Of a stretch of DNA of 64,000 nucleotides, positions 35,480 to 49,014 are shown in pieces; within the stretch, counting starts at the first letter, position 1, and each line of letters begins with the position of its first letter. The stretch comes from Chrysemys picta bellii. Lineage: Eukaryota. The notes under the pieces are model-generated. The model had not been told where the DNA came from and searched no databases. It saw only the letters and a program-made list of their open reading frames with translations. A program made the translations under genes and the position numbers. Location of the stretch: positions 170,686,001 to 170,750,000 of the forward strand of contig NC_088792.1 of NCBI RefSeq assembly GCF_011386835.1, in the 5' to 3' direction.

Positions 35480-36560
35480 GATCTTTTGTTCTGGTAGGGA
35501 AAAAAAGTGACGTGGGGGGGGGGGTCACCGAATTTACAGCACAGCCTAGAGGTCCCTATCAAGCCCCCCTCCCCGCCTGAATCGTTCCAGCACGTCTCTC
35601 CTCCATCCAGATCTCTGTTCACCCCTCTCCTCCGGCAGCGCTAGTGGGGGCTTGGAAATTGGGGCCGCGTTTAAACTTATTAGGCAAAAGGCAGAGAAAG
35701 GGCACCAAGGTTCTCTCAGCACGAGCAATGAGCGTGTGCACACGCTCGGTAGTAGGACAGCCTCGGGCAACGCGATTGCAAGTAACTCTGCCGGATAAAC
35801 ATCGGTCCTGCAAGCCTCGCCCTCCGCAGCTGGTGCAGGAAATTAGGGACGGGCGGGGGCTGAGGGATGAAACGCCCCGTGGTGGCTCCCGGCGCTTCCG
35901 GGCTCTAGGGGGCGGGATCCCGGGGCTCAGCGGCGCTAACACAAGCCCGAGGCCGCCTCCCCTTTGCCCAGCGCCACCGGAGCCACTTCAGCGACCTGCG
36001 CGCCCGGCTCCCCGCAGCAGCCGCCGCCCGATTCCGCACCGGTCCCGCAGCACCGCCCCTGGGTCAGTCCCGGCCTGGCGCCGTCTGTCCGGGGCCGCCT
36101 GCGTGTGGGGCGGGTCCTGCCGCGCTCGCTGCCTCGGGCGCTAGAAACCCCGAGCCGGGGGCGGGGAGCGGGGCTGCGACTTGGGTTTAGTTTCCAGCCC
36201 GGGGCTCAGGGCCGCTCGCTTCTGGCGGGCGGGAGGAGACGCTGGGAGCCGGAGTCCGCCCCGGGCATCGGCCGCACGGTTGGTTCAAGCAGCCGAGGGC
36301 GGGGGGGTCTCGCTGGTGTCCGGTGAGTTTGTTTCTCTTGCAGTGACCGCTCCTGCTCCGGGCGCTGGGACAGTTTGTGCAGTGGTGGGGTGAGAGCCAG
36401 GAACCGAACTGTAAACCCGGAGTGTGATGGAAACACCGCAAGCCCGGGGGGGCGGCACCCTGTGCTCCTGCTGGGATGGGCGGGAGTGGGGGGCAGGTCT
36501 GCCTGGGGGGGAGAGGGGAGGAGTCAGGCTCCTAAGAGACCAGACACCTGAACCTTGAAT
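35480..36560 (+). promoter_or_regulatory. CpG island, likely SERPINB6 promoter with non-coding first exon
   Basis: Sharp GC- and CpG-rich island in AT-rich flanks; several GGGCGG boxes (e.g. ~35851); strong donor CCG|GTGAGT at 36323 and second donor GG|GTCAGT at 36063; about 6 kb upstream of the SERPINB6 ATG. Confidence 0.7.
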
Positions 36561-37132
36561 CCACAAGTCACAATAGGTGTCTCAGGTCCTTTCCCTGCCT
36601 TGAGAAGGTGGCTCAGCCTGTGGTTTCCTCCTCCCAGTAAGACCAGGTGGAGGAGGAACCCTGTGATTCTGTGCATCTTGCCCTGGGTTTTGCAGTGTCC
36701 GCCAAGCAAGGACCCTCCCCTGGTTCCCTTGCCGGTGGGGTAGGACAGAGCTGGTGGGTGTGGTACACACAGCACAGGATGCTGGTACTTGGGATTCATT
36801 AGATCCGTTACGCGTACAAGGGTCCGGCCTTGGCTGCTGACTCTTGTGGGAGAGGCTCCGGAGATGGGAGGTGCCTGGCACTGCCATTTACTGAGCCACT
36901 AAAACAGGGCACTTGTCTCTAAATGACTGCCCTAGAGCTCTGGATTGAAGAAGGCAATAAAGCTTGCAATGAACATACCATGATTATTTTCAAAAGCTCT
37001 GTATAGTGGCATAAATCCGCACTACCCATGACAGAACTGAGCCTGAAGATTTTACAATTTGCTGCAAGCCCCACATGTTGTTTTGACTGGTATTTCAATA
37101 AGTATATAATGTAGACCTATTAGTCTCATGAT

Positions 37133-37323
37133 ATAAGAGAGACGAGGTGGGTGAGGTAATAGCTTTTATTAGACCAACTTCTGTTGGTGAGAGAGACAAG
37201 CTTTCCAGCTATACAGAGCTCTTCAATACCTTTCCGAGACCTGAAGACGTTTGAAAACTTGTCTGTCTGACCAACAGACATTGCTCCAATAAAAGCTATT
37301 GCCTTCCCCACCTTGTCTCTCTA
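37133..37323. mobile_element. Palindromic fragment of the second Penelope family
   Basis: gagagacgaggtgggtgagg...ttttatt versus aataaaa...ccccaccttgtctctc inverted arms. Confidence 0.7.
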
Positions 37324-38082
37324 ATAAGTCTATAAAACAGACAGTACAAACTCATGGAAGGTTAGACTGTGCACCTGAATTACGTTTTAATTGAAATGTT
37401 GGGATTAATTTTTTCTTACTCATTGCTTGTATTATGCTCATTCTGGGTTCCTCACTTTCTTTTTCTCCTTTTTTGGATAGAGCTAACTGTATTTCTGAAG
37501 GTATGTGACATTGTGGTCACCAGATAGCCTTATGTATTATTTCAGTGTAAAACAAGCCTTTTCTTTTTGAGGGCTTGGGGAGTGGGGATAGCCACTTCTG
37601 GGTACACACTTTAGGCCCCATCCTCAAACAAACCCCGCATAAAGGCCCACTCACTAGTGCATGGAGTCCTACCAGGCTGCAGAGGTCCAGACATGCAGAC
37701 TTGCTGTAAGATTGTGGCCTTAGTTTTTAAGATAACTGTATATCTGCACAAACATTACAACTTGTTAAATACTGCTTTTGCCTTGGCTCCCATTACACTC
37801 CCACACAAGGGGAAATAGATATAGATATGCATACACAATTTTTTTTTAGATGAATTTTTAAAACTCAAAACTATTCACAGTATTCAGAGAGTAGAGAGAT
37901 TTTTGACATTCGTTCGACAAAAACTAATCAGTTGGTTGGCTTGTAGATGTCACATTTGGAGTGGGCCTTAAGGAAGGATTTAAATATGGGGATTGAAGTT
38001 CCTTTGCACACTAGCTCAAGAGGGTGTTTCATGTATGGGAGAAGTGCCAACATGGAGAGAAGATATTTGGTAGTAGGGGTTT

Positions 38083-38290
38083 TTTAATCTAGCAGACAGA
38101 GGCATAATGAGATCCTATAGCTGGAAGGTGAAGCCTGACAAAATCAAATGGAGGGTAAAGTGCAAATTTTTAACAGGGAGGATAAGCATTGGAATAATTT
38201 ATCAAAAGACTTGATGGCTACTCAGTCACTTCACATTTTTAAATTAAGAGATGCTGTAGTTCAACCACAAGTTATGGGGTTGATGTTGTC
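38083..38290 (+). mobile_element. Decayed CR1 ORF2 end
   Basis: aatctagcagac...agctggaaggtgaagcctgacaaaatcaaatgga...tttttaacaggga pattern. Confidence 0.55.
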
Positions 38291-40792
38291 CTAGTGAGCA
38301 TGTGTGAAGTATCTTCACATGCTCATAAGGAGAGTGAACTCTTAGGGTTATGCAGATGGTCATGAGAGACCATTAGGATCCTTAAAATGTGAGTCCTGTA
38401 CAAATTTGATGTTTGCTAGCATTGGTAGAGTGGAGGGAATGGGGCAGTTTAGGCACGGGGGTGCGGGGGGTGTTGGAATGAACAGCCAAATAAGGTAGAA
38501 CAGTTGTGCAGGGCCTTGAAGTCAAGAACAAGAAGCTTGAACGTAATGCAGTTTGGAAGGGGAGCAAGCCCTTTGATAAACAAATCCCTCACATCTCATT
38601 TCCCATTCCCACTCCATAACTTTTTGTTTGATTCAACTGGATTTCTTGACTAGGTATACGTTAAATGCAGTATTTAAACGGATGGACAACCTGATACGCA
38701 CTGCTACCTGACACATGCGCTGGATGCACTGTGATGAACTATAGGAAATGAAGTGCTCTATTAGCATTATAGCCTCTTAATATCTCTGATAGTTTTTAAA
38801 TGCAATATCAATTCTAAAAAAGGTAGCCCTTATTCTCATGTATATGCAGGTTAGCAGTTATCAAATACAGTTGATTTTTTCCCCCTACTCTTGACTTTTT
38901 TCCCTATTTCAACTTCAGTAACTAGAGGAGAAATACGCTGCAAATTTGCAAGACTGTAAAGCTTGTGGCAGCTGTCAGGATTGCAGGATTGTTTCTTACT
39001 TGAACTGTGTTGACCATAGATCTAGAAATTTTTCTGCATTCCAAAAGAATTGTCTGTTTTGGCATGGAAACTCGCATTGTAATGCAGGGAGTTACCCTAC
39101 ACAGCACAGAGCAAAGGGGAAATACGAGAAATGCCATTGTATGAGATCCCAGAAGTTTATTCCCTCTGACGTGTAGCAGTTTATACCAGCACACATACAG
39201 ACTCCACTGTTTGGTAAACTAAAAAAGCAGCTCCAGTATCATGGTCATGAAAGGAATCTGATTAGCTAGGCCTAATAGTAGGGGCTGTGATATACGTAGA
39301 CCTGTATACTTTAAAAATAATTGTTTAGGTGTTCGCTGGATGGAATCAAAACTGAAAGCCTTGTCATAAAAATAATCTTTAAATAGCATTTTTTTTTTAT
39401 TTCAAAATTCTGGTACTACTGGGTTATCCCTTTCTGACAGCTGAGAGGAGGAAGATGTGGAGTTACTTGTCTTAGACCACAGAAAAAGTCCATGTCAGAA
39501 CCAGGAATAGAGCTCCTGATTCCCAGTCTTCTGCTTGGATTGCTGGAACAATAAAACTTTTAGATGGAACTAAATTGAAAATCTGCTGTGTTACAATAGT
39601 TCAGCTGGCTAGCATTTGTTTTTGTTTGTGTGTGTATCTATTAGGATTTTTGCTACTGCAGTTGTAATATACAATGTGGTTGGAGTGTGTTTTCCAGTAA
39701 GATGACTACAAAGACTTGCTTGAGTAAACTTAACTGCATTCTGTGCAGGGCAATTTTTTTTATTTTTTGTAAGCCCCACAAAGTAACAGCACTAAATATT
39801 ATCCTTAATCCAGTGTTGTAGAGTAAATGCCCTTCTTATTGATTGAGCTCTGATAATTTTCAGAGTACACTTCAATTATCTAAAGATCAATCAAATAATG
39901 TAGTGTAGAAAACCCATTCTGGTTAATCTCAAATTTAAATTTTAGTTAATCATTCTCAGTGAAACAGAAGAAAAATCTCCAACTAAACGTTTTTCTCTTT
40001 GTGAGTGCTGGAGGGCAGTGGAGACTGCTGCTCTTATTTCTGATTTAAATGCAGTTCTTTTACACTCTTTCCTGAGTTTGACAAAGCCTCTGTCTTGAGT
40101 CAGTTACAGTAACGTACAATATCCGACAAATATACTTGACAGTTTGGCAGGTATGTTGAATAATGCCTCGGTTAACAGCAAAGCTGACAGCAAGCATTTT
40201 TCTTAGGTTGAAACAAGAAGTTAGTAGGATGTGTTTTTTTTCCCCTCTATTTATGTTAGGGATGGTAAGTCAGGAAAATGAATTTGGTGTAGGATTGTTT
40301 TGTAGCAATAAACATACTAATGTTAGTTGCTGCCTTAGGATAAAAGATTTGAGACTTTTGAATTGTTTGTTACTGGCTGAGATCATAAAATGGCTGTAAA
40401 TTCTTATCTGTAGTTAATTCACTATTATCATCTCAACTGCTCATGTTGTAGATGGCTGGATCTGTAACCTCAGGTTAACATTTAACCCTCCCCCCACTTC
40501 CTCCAGGTGGACTGTTTGTACTTATTTTCTAACAACCTCAGAAGTGCAAGTGTTTACCTGTGTGTGTAGTGTAAAATTCATAGATTCTCTGTGGATTCTT
40601 TTTTAAATTCAGTCTAAGCTTTACAGTGCACAAGTGTCTCATGTTCCAGTTGTACTTAGGGTAACCAAACATGGACTGAATCAGACTTCGAGTTTCTGGT
40701 AACACTGCAACAGGAACCAATTTGTAATCTCTGGATGTCATAATGACCAACAGTAATTCCTCTCCCCTCTTTTTTTTTTTTTATTTTTTAAG

Positions 40793-40963
40793 ATTCAGTG
40801 GGGCCTGTCCCCTCTGTCTTCTTTTTTCCAGACTAAACAAACTCAATTTTTTTAATCTTTCCTCATAGGTCATGTTTTCTAGACCTTTAATTGTTTTTAT
40901 TCCTCTTCTCTGGACTCTCTCCAATTTGTCCACATGTTTCCTGAAATGTGGTGCCCAGATTGG
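40793..40963 (-). mobile_element. CR1 ORF2 fragment
   Basis: Encodes WAPHFRKHVDKLERVQRR...LENMTYEERLKKLSLFSLEKRR. Confidence 0.85.
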
Positions 40964-42417
40964 GAGCTTTCCAGTAATTTCTTTATGCACAAGTGTATTT
41001 ACAATGAGGAACTACCGGGCGGTAGCATAAAAAATAAAGCCATTATGTTATGGAGATTAGTAAAGAGACTGCGATGTAGACTCCTTTTCATTGGCTATTG
41101 GACCAAGATAACCAAATTAACTTCATATAAGCTACAGAACAGACATCAGATGCCAACACAGTCTTCATTTTATTACTAGTATGTATTCTTGGATGGGCAC
41201 ATATATTTACTACTCATCTTCATTAGACTTTCTTTAATCCTAAAGGTTCTGTCATATTACAATGTGAATTAAGGATAATCCTCTTCTTAAAATCCTCTTG
41301 TCATGATTTCGGACAGTCTCCCAGTTGGTTGAATGAGAAATGCTGGAAGCAGAATTTCCTGTTGGTCACTGACAGACAGACAGGAATAGATGGGCTGAGA
41401 GTATAAAACAAAACCAGTGCTGAACAATTGCCCTCTAATTGAGGTGTCAGGAATGGAAGAGGAAAGGAAGTTAAAAATGACTGAAACAAAAGAAAGGGAT
41501 GAAACATTTAAAGAGAGAAGATTACAATAAAGAGCTCTCGTCTTACCTGTGTTTCCCTCACCATCACAACCTCCTACTGTGCCCATTATATTTTCCTGTT
41601 TCTCTTCCCATTTTGCCTCAATCTCCCTATCTCTGCAGAAGTGGCACTTCAACCCTCTTAGAATATATAGCCACAAGATCCACTCTCCATAACTCTGCTG
41701 TGAAATAGAAGATAAGCACTATCCTAGTGGGCTAGAAAGCAGCGGGAAGTAATATGTGGATTTACCACTAATGAGTGAATAAGGCAGGTGTTTATAGAAC
41801 TTTACACCCAAAATAAGTTTTTAGTTGACTAAGAAAATTACCAACCCAGATCATAAAGTACATGTAGTGAATATTTTACACCAGAGAATCTAATATAAAT
41901 TCAAATAATTATGTACTACAGGTTGGATTAAAGTAAATTTGAGGCATTAAGTATTGCACAACTGTGACTTAAACAATGTGCCTCCAATAATGACCATTAA
42001 ATATAAAACAAATTCAACATCTGCTGATACATTTGGATCACCCGTATAAATATGAAATATAAATTGTATTCATGTGGCTAGACAGTTCTGTAAGCTAGGT
42101 ATTGAATTCCTGAAACAGCGTATAATGTTATTGAAAATCAACATGAATATTACAAAAATTGCAAAGTTTTCCAATTCTCTAAGTTTGTCCCACTTGTTAT
42201 CTGAAGGCTTTTATATAAACTCAGAACACATGGTCCTTAAACTTATTTGACATTGTGCAATATCCTGAGGTGGTGTAAAACCAGTGTAGTTCCACTGACT
42301 TCAATGGAGTTATGGTAATTTATACCAGCTGAGAATGTGGCACATTAAATACTCATTACATTTTAAATCTGTATCATGTGAACTTTGCTTTGTGTTTTAT
42401 CTTACAGGTTCTGAACC

Positions 42418-42585
42418 ATGGATAACCTTAATAAAGCAAACACCACCTTTGCACTCAACCTATTCAAAAAGCTGAGTGAAAATGCCAATACACAGAACTT
42501 ATTCTTTTCTCCTTTGAGTATCTCCTCTGCTTTGTCCATGGTGTTTTTGGGTGCAAAAGGTAACACTGCAGCCCAGATGGCAAAG
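42418..42585 (+). CDS. SERPINB6: SERPINB6 coding exon 1 of 6 ([22 protein letters not shown]...AQMAK)
   Basis: Acceptor ttacag|gttctgaacc ATG, donor AAG|GTATGT at 42586; 168 nt. Confidence 0.92.
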
Positions 42586-45216
42586 GTATGTCTGGATAAA
42601 TTTGAATGACTTAACACAACTTTGCTGTAGACGCTGAACCAAAGATCTCTATTGTATGTTCTGTACCTATGGGAAAACTCCCATTATCATCCAGGTATGC
42701 CTGAGAGTAGAATTTTGGTGGCACCATACAGCTGAGGTGACTTGAAAAAGAGAGAGCTGTCTAGCTGCCTCAAGAGTTAGAAAAGAACTTCTTCAATTAC
42801 ATTCTCTGGGATTAGTATCAGATTATACTAGTCACCTAAATATGTGTTAATAACATAGCCAGGAGCATTTTCTTAAAATCAGGCCCCCTTTAAGATGTCA
42901 AGTTGGGCAACCAAAAAAATCACTAGTCACTTTTGAAAATGTAGGCCTAGTTCATTAAACTCTTAATGCCAACTCCTGTTCCAGTGAGCACTCAGAACCT
43001 CTAGAGAGAAAGAGGGCCTAGGGAAGAAGTATGGAGCCCTGAGGTCCCACTGAAAGGTCAAGCAAAGACCTAAGAGGAGACCCAAAAGACAGAGTCTCAA
43101 ATGCGAAGGGAGAACAAGATTTAGAAAAGGAGAGTGATCAATAGTGGCAAAATTGGCAGGAGTCAGGGAAGATGAGGATGGGGTTGAGGCCCTGAGATCT
43201 GTCTGCAAAGGACGACTTCTGTGTTGCAGTTACATACCCGTTTAGGTTCTCTTAGCTTGTGGGTTTTTAGTGTAGTCTGCTTGGTTTCCTGGGGTGAGAA
43301 TTACAAATTTCAAAACTAGATTTATAGCTGTCCACTTAGAGCCTTGTACAATATTTGGCTTAGGGGAGGAGAAGAGTTGTCTAAACTTGCAGCTTCAACA
43401 ATAAAATGGGGTGGAGTTGAAACCGATTCCTTATAATCTGTAAGGACTTTTAGAATTGGGATGTATATGTCTTTTGTTTAGAATGATTTAACTACCACAC
43501 TAGCAAATGTTGCTAAAAATTACATGTACTAGTGGGTGCGAACATTCTCTTGTTGTGTGTCAGTAAAATCTCTTGCTCAAAATATCAACCAGTACAACAG
43601 CTCTGCAATTGTTATGGAATTCATATTATGGCATTTTTAGCAGTTATTACTTGGAAGCAAACCCAACATTTGGGAGGTAGTATTTTTGTAAAAATTCAAT
43701 CTTTTTAGTGTCACTTTAACTCAAACCGAGGATGAATTTTAAGCTTTGATACTAGGGTTATTTATTTAAACTACAATGTTTATTTAAACATTGAGACAAA
43801 TTCTGCTGCTGCATTGGTGTAAAACTGGAGTACCTATTAGATTTCAATGGAATTGTATCAGATTTACACCTATGTAAATGAAAGCAAAGTTTGGCTTGAT
43901 CTTGATTTTCAAAATGTTGACCTACGAGATGTGACATCAGTGAATTTAGCCAAGAGACTTACCATGGGTCTCCCGCAGAGTTATCTCCGACTGCATTTGG
44001 TTGAATTGGGCCTGTTGGTTTCTATGAGGACAGTGCCTTCGATAAGCTGCCAGTCTCCCCTGTTGTCTGTTTGGCCTTTTGGGAAACCTCTGGGGTCTTG
44101 GGCTATTTTTGTCACTTTGGGCATTTGCCTGCCCACATGCATTGAAGCACTGTAGAGCTAACGTTTTCCCTTAGAAAGGGCTTTTTAGGGTGTCTTACTT
44201 CATTACAGTGTTTCATACTAGAAAAGCCATTCTTGATCTCTATTAAATAAATCTTGCTCATATTAAAGCAATGACTAATGTACTGGAGCACTAGGTCATT
44301 CCATAACATTTCTTCTTTTCACTAACGTTTAAGCTGAAATAAGAACCAGATCTGTTCCTGAATATATTCCCAAGAGAACCTATGCTAACTATTGTACTAT
44401 CAGGTGCTTCATCTTAGTGAAGAAGAAGAAGAAGAAAAAGAATGGGAAATGGAACAATGCAAACATGCGATGATGCAACAAAAATCCATTATGGAAGGCA
44501 AAATGGAGACCCTGCTGCAAAGGCAGCACCATCCTATGGGTGTTCTTGAATTGAAGGCATAGTTCCAAAACATTGCTGGAAGCTTTGGGGAAAGGGATAC
44601 CGTCAACATAAATCATACCTTTTGTCTGAATTTTTTTTTTAACCGCTTAGTGTTGCAAGTAACAGTTAAGATGAGGGGAAAATTAGGGATATTTCCCCCA
44701 GTTTGTATACTTATGCATTTGACAGCACTTTGTGTTTCTTCAAGAGAGACATTTTCCCTGTTTGTCAGGCTCTTTCGCACAATGAAACAAATTAAAAGAA
44801 AGTAACGATAAACCTACAAAAATCAACATGGGGAGATAGAGAACTATAGGACCGGAAGCTACTTTAAATTCATGTTTTGAAACTGAGTAGATTTCAAGTT
44901 GATGGTTTTCCTTTAAACTCTCCAGAATTGTTCATTTTATGTGCCCTAAAGCTAGAATGGAGTGAGGGGTCTCTTCAAAACAGTTATGTTTATTTCCATG
45001 GTAAAATGTTTTATCATGAAATTTCCCTCTTCTAACCAGCACAATGAGCTCCAAATGTGTTGTGTAATGGGAAATCCTTTTCCTTTTAGGGCAGCCTTGG
45101 GTATTCAGGCTGCAACTTTCATCTCTAAGCTGCTGAAAGGCATTGTACTAACCTGTCCGAAAGCACATTTCAGCACATGTGGGTCATGCTGAGTGTATTC
45201 CTGTCTCTTTCTATAG

Positions 45217-45354
45217 GTGCTTTCTTTGGACAAAGCTGAAGAGATTCACGATGGATACCAGTCACTTATTTCTGAAATTAACAAACCAGGCACTAATTAT
45301 GTGCTTAGGATTGCCAACCGGCTCTATGGGGAAAAGACGTTTAAATTTCTTGCA
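45217..45354 (+). CDS. SERPINB6: SERPINB6 coding exon 2 (VLSLDKAEEIHDGYQSLISEINKPGTNYVLRIANRLYGEKTFKFLA); no CD-loop exon
   Basis: Acceptor ctatag|GTG, donor GCA|GTAAGT at 45355; 138 nt; B1/B6-type architecture. Confidence 0.93.
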
Positions 45355-46622
45355 GTAAGTCAAACATTCAGTTTGTTTTTGTGTTATAACACATTTGCTA
45401 CGTTTCCATTTCTGAGTGCAAATAAAGGTGTTGGCTTTAATCTACAGGCACCTATGTAGTTCAGAATCTGACTAACCAAAGCCAGTATCCTTGTAAAATC
45501 CATTCATTTGCTCAGCTGATTGTACGACAGTCCCTAGCTCTGAATGCTAGAGAACTGGAGCGGAGTGCTGTCAATGGAAGATCCATCAAACCCCAACTCT
45601 TCAGCATTCCATTAATCACTCAGGCATTTTTGGCCGGGAGCTAAGATTGTTGTGTGATGTTTTTAGGGGTTCCCCCCCCCCCCTTAAATTGGACAATGCA
45701 TTCAAAGGACACAGCAAGGGGCACATCATTTTTTTTTTTTTAAATCAGACAGAAGAGCGATTAGAAATTCTCCAAAGACTTAGCTGAGAGTAACAGATAC
45801 TATTGTGTACAGTTTCCTTTTAAAATGTATCCAAAAAGCATACCACTGATTTTCACCTTACTCTTTCTGATACCCTTCCTTCATTTCCAAAAATTAAGAG
45901 GTAGCTGAAAGTCTCTCGAGTTCTAGACTCTAAAAAACAAACTTACATTTTCAGTATGGCAATCAACCTTACCCTCCCCAATCTACAGTAATTTTATTAC
46001 TAAAAGGGATTGCCAGCATAAATTGGCTCAGATCAAGAGCTCCTCTTCTCAATTAAAGTTAACCACTCTGATTAAATGTTTAAACTTGGCATCTTTGGCA
46101 TTTTGTCCACAAAATACAAGATTCCAAAATACAAACTGGAGATACAGCATGATTTTGATCTAACCACATAATTACTGACCTATTGATATTTGCACAGCCG
46201 GCCTTTTATAAGGCTGAAGAGCAGGTTATTATGGTCCACATATACTATAGAAAAAAGATCTAGAAATAACCCCTTTGAGATTTCACTTCTGAACTAGATC
46301 ATGTTTGGGTTACTCTGGGAGGGTTACAAAAAACTTTATCTAGAGACCAATTTACTAAGCCTTGTACTCTCAAACCAAAGCAAATTGATTGCATCACTTT
46401 CACCATGCAGTCTTGTTGATCTGTCAGTAAGCCAGCTGCTTGGACTAAGAATGTAATAAATAAAAAATAAAATGCTCAGCTTGAAAAGAAGTGATGACAA
46501 GTTGGTGTTAAGACTGACTCTGAAGGGGTGGAGGAAGAAGAGGTAGATTCAACGACTGAGTCTTCTACAACTGCATGCCAGAAAAATATATTGTTAAGAC
46601 ATCCTCCTTTTGTTTGTCCTAG

Positions 46623-46740
46623 ACATTTATAGACTCCTGCCAGAAATTCTACCATGCAGAGCTAGAACAACTTGACTTCTCTAGAGCTGCAGAAGATTCC
46701 AGAAAACATATAAATGCCTGGGTAGAGGAAAAAACTGAAG
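46623..46740 (+). CDS. SERPINB6: SERPINB6 coding exon 3 ([40 protein letters not shown])
   Basis: Acceptor cctag|ACA, donor AAG|GTGAGT at 46741; 118 nt. Confidence 0.93.
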
Positions 46741-46977
46741 GTGAGTAGCTTGCAGAGTTCCACAAGTGATTTTCTAAACAGCCAAAGTCTGCTTAAAAAG
46801 CATATGGCCATAGGAAAGATAGAATAAGGGAGGGAGGGGAAAAACAGAACTGAATCCTTCAGATTAAAATGTAGTTCTTGTCTTGTGCAGCAGGTAGAGG
46901 ATACTGTTGTTAATAACACAACTAGGTAAATGGGTGTGTATCAGCTAAAAACTATTCTTCCTTAATGTGTCCTAAAG

Positions 46978-47120
46978 GTAAAATCCAGAATCTGTTGGCT
47001 CAGGGTGTTATTGATTCAATGGCCAGACTAGTCTTGGTGAATGCCGTCTACTTCAAAGGCAACTGGGCGACCCAATTCAACAAAGATCGCACAGTGAAAG
47101 GGGAATTTAAAATTAACAAG
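46978..47120 (+). CDS. SERPINB6: SERPINB6 coding exon 4 (KIQNLLAQGVIDSMARLVLVNAVYFKGNW...FKINK)
   Basis: Acceptor taaag|GT, donor AAG|GTATGA at 47121; 143 nt. Confidence 0.93.
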
Positions 47121-48118
47121 GTATGAAGTAGGAAAATGACACTAACTTTGTACTGCTTTTCACCCAGAGAAGACAAGAAATGCTTTTAATCAGGATTGCC
47201 CTAAGTACACTTTACCTCATCCCTCTATTCTATCCCATCCCATCCCCTCAACACAACCCCTTTGGTTAGTTTATTGTTAACATATTTGAAACTACATTTT
47301 CAATTAAATACATTAACTTAGATGTATCCCTTGTTTCCTTCTTTTGCTTTCTGCTGCACCTCTCACTGTATCTTTTCAGTGTTGGAGGGAGGTAGCCTTG
47401 AACATAAAATTTTAACATGGAAGGGAAGAACGTGGATAAACGAGTGTCGGACTCCATAAATTGGGACCTGTAAATTGTTCAGTGGTTAGAGAACTTGGAA
47501 GTCATTTAACCTCCCTGTCCTCTAACATGCTGCAGTTTTGTGTGCAGAACTATCACAGAATTATGGTTACTTACAGAAACTGGTTCCCTCTGCTTCAGTT
47601 TTTATCCAGTGATAAAATTGGAACATGAATAATACTCAAGTACCTCATGTCTTGTAAGGTTGGATTTGTAAAATATGTGGCGATGGCTAATTCTCCTCAC
47701 ATCAGTGTAAATCAGGAGTAACCCCACTGCAGTCACTGGAGCTAAAACAGCTATACTTAGACTGTAAGGTCGTTGGAGCAGGGTTGGTCTTCTTGCTAGC
47801 ACAGTGTGGTCCTGGTCCATGACTGGGATTCCAAGGGGTACAATCAGTGGTGAGCTGGAGCCGGTTTGCGCGAACCAGTTGTTAAATTTAGAAGCCGTTT
47901 CAGAGCCGGTTGTTAAAGGGGTGGGCAAACTCCGGTGGTAGGACCCTTCCCTACAATATGTTCTAGTGCTATGTCCAGCCTAGTTTCAGATTTCCCATGT
48001 GATTTGAATCCCAGTTCTTCTGGTTTAGTACCAATATGCTGGCTCTGTAGTACTTGTTGACATTGATAGATAGATATATATATCTATGTGTGTGGTTTTT
48101 TTGTTTTGTTTTTTAAAG

Positions 48119-48286
48119 CATGAGACCAAACCAGTGCAGATGATGTTCAAGAAAGCTAAATTTAACATGAACTACATAGTAGACTTTCAGACCAAAATCC
48201 TTGACCTCCCTTATGTTGATAATGAGACTAGTATGATCATCCTGCTTCCTGATAAAATCCAAGATAATTCCACTGGCCTGGAACAG
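48119..48286 (+). CDS. SERPINB6: SERPINB6 coding exon 5 (HETKPVQMMFKKAKFNM...STGLEQ)
   Basis: Acceptor ttaaag|CAT, donor CAG|GTAAGC at 48287; 168 nt. Confidence 0.93.
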
Positions 48287-49014
48287 GTAAGCCATTTGTA
48301 CTGAATAAAAAACTCAAATCCTGCCAGAGAAGAGCATTTGACTAAATCTCAATTAGATCTGTGAATTCAAGTCCCAAGCTCTGAACTCACCAGTATTAGC
48401 ACAGGGTGGGAGAGCTGAGGAGGCGTTACATCTGTCCCCAAGAGATGGGAATACCATGTGTCACTGTCAAGTAAGCCCAGCTCTCTCTGATGTCTAGAGA
48501 AATGTTAAGTTGTGAAAGGAGAGACTTCTTGACCAGAGGAGGGGTCACCGGGGGTTGGGATGAAGCCAGAACATAGTGACAGACTGAAGACGATCCTGGA
48601 GAGCTCCATTCAAGAGCTACTGATTTCCTTTCTGTGCTATATTGTTACTGGGCTGGCAAGGGACAGCGAAATAGTAATGCCTCTCCCACAGTAGTCACCT
48701 CTGCAAAGTACACTTCATTACTAATGACAACATGCAATAGCATTAACTTGTCACCATGAAAGATGGGCTTGTGACGGTATTTGCATATTGCACAGTGGGA
48801 CTCCGATCCTAATTAGAGGGCCTTTTGACTGTACTGATATAAGAATGTATCTGAACGCCATTTATTGTTTTGCTTCTGACTACAGCAGTAGCATTCACTC
48901 CAGACCAGGGGAGGATGCTAATCCCTACTGTGTAAACACACACAGTGGGCATTGTTTCATTAGTATAAATTCCTGGCTTTTCTCCCTCTTTAATTTTGAC
49001 CTTTTTTCTTTTAG

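Noticed and set aside
35546-36887. Many ORFs up to 166 aa
   Set aside because: CpG-island composition artefact; no coding signature.
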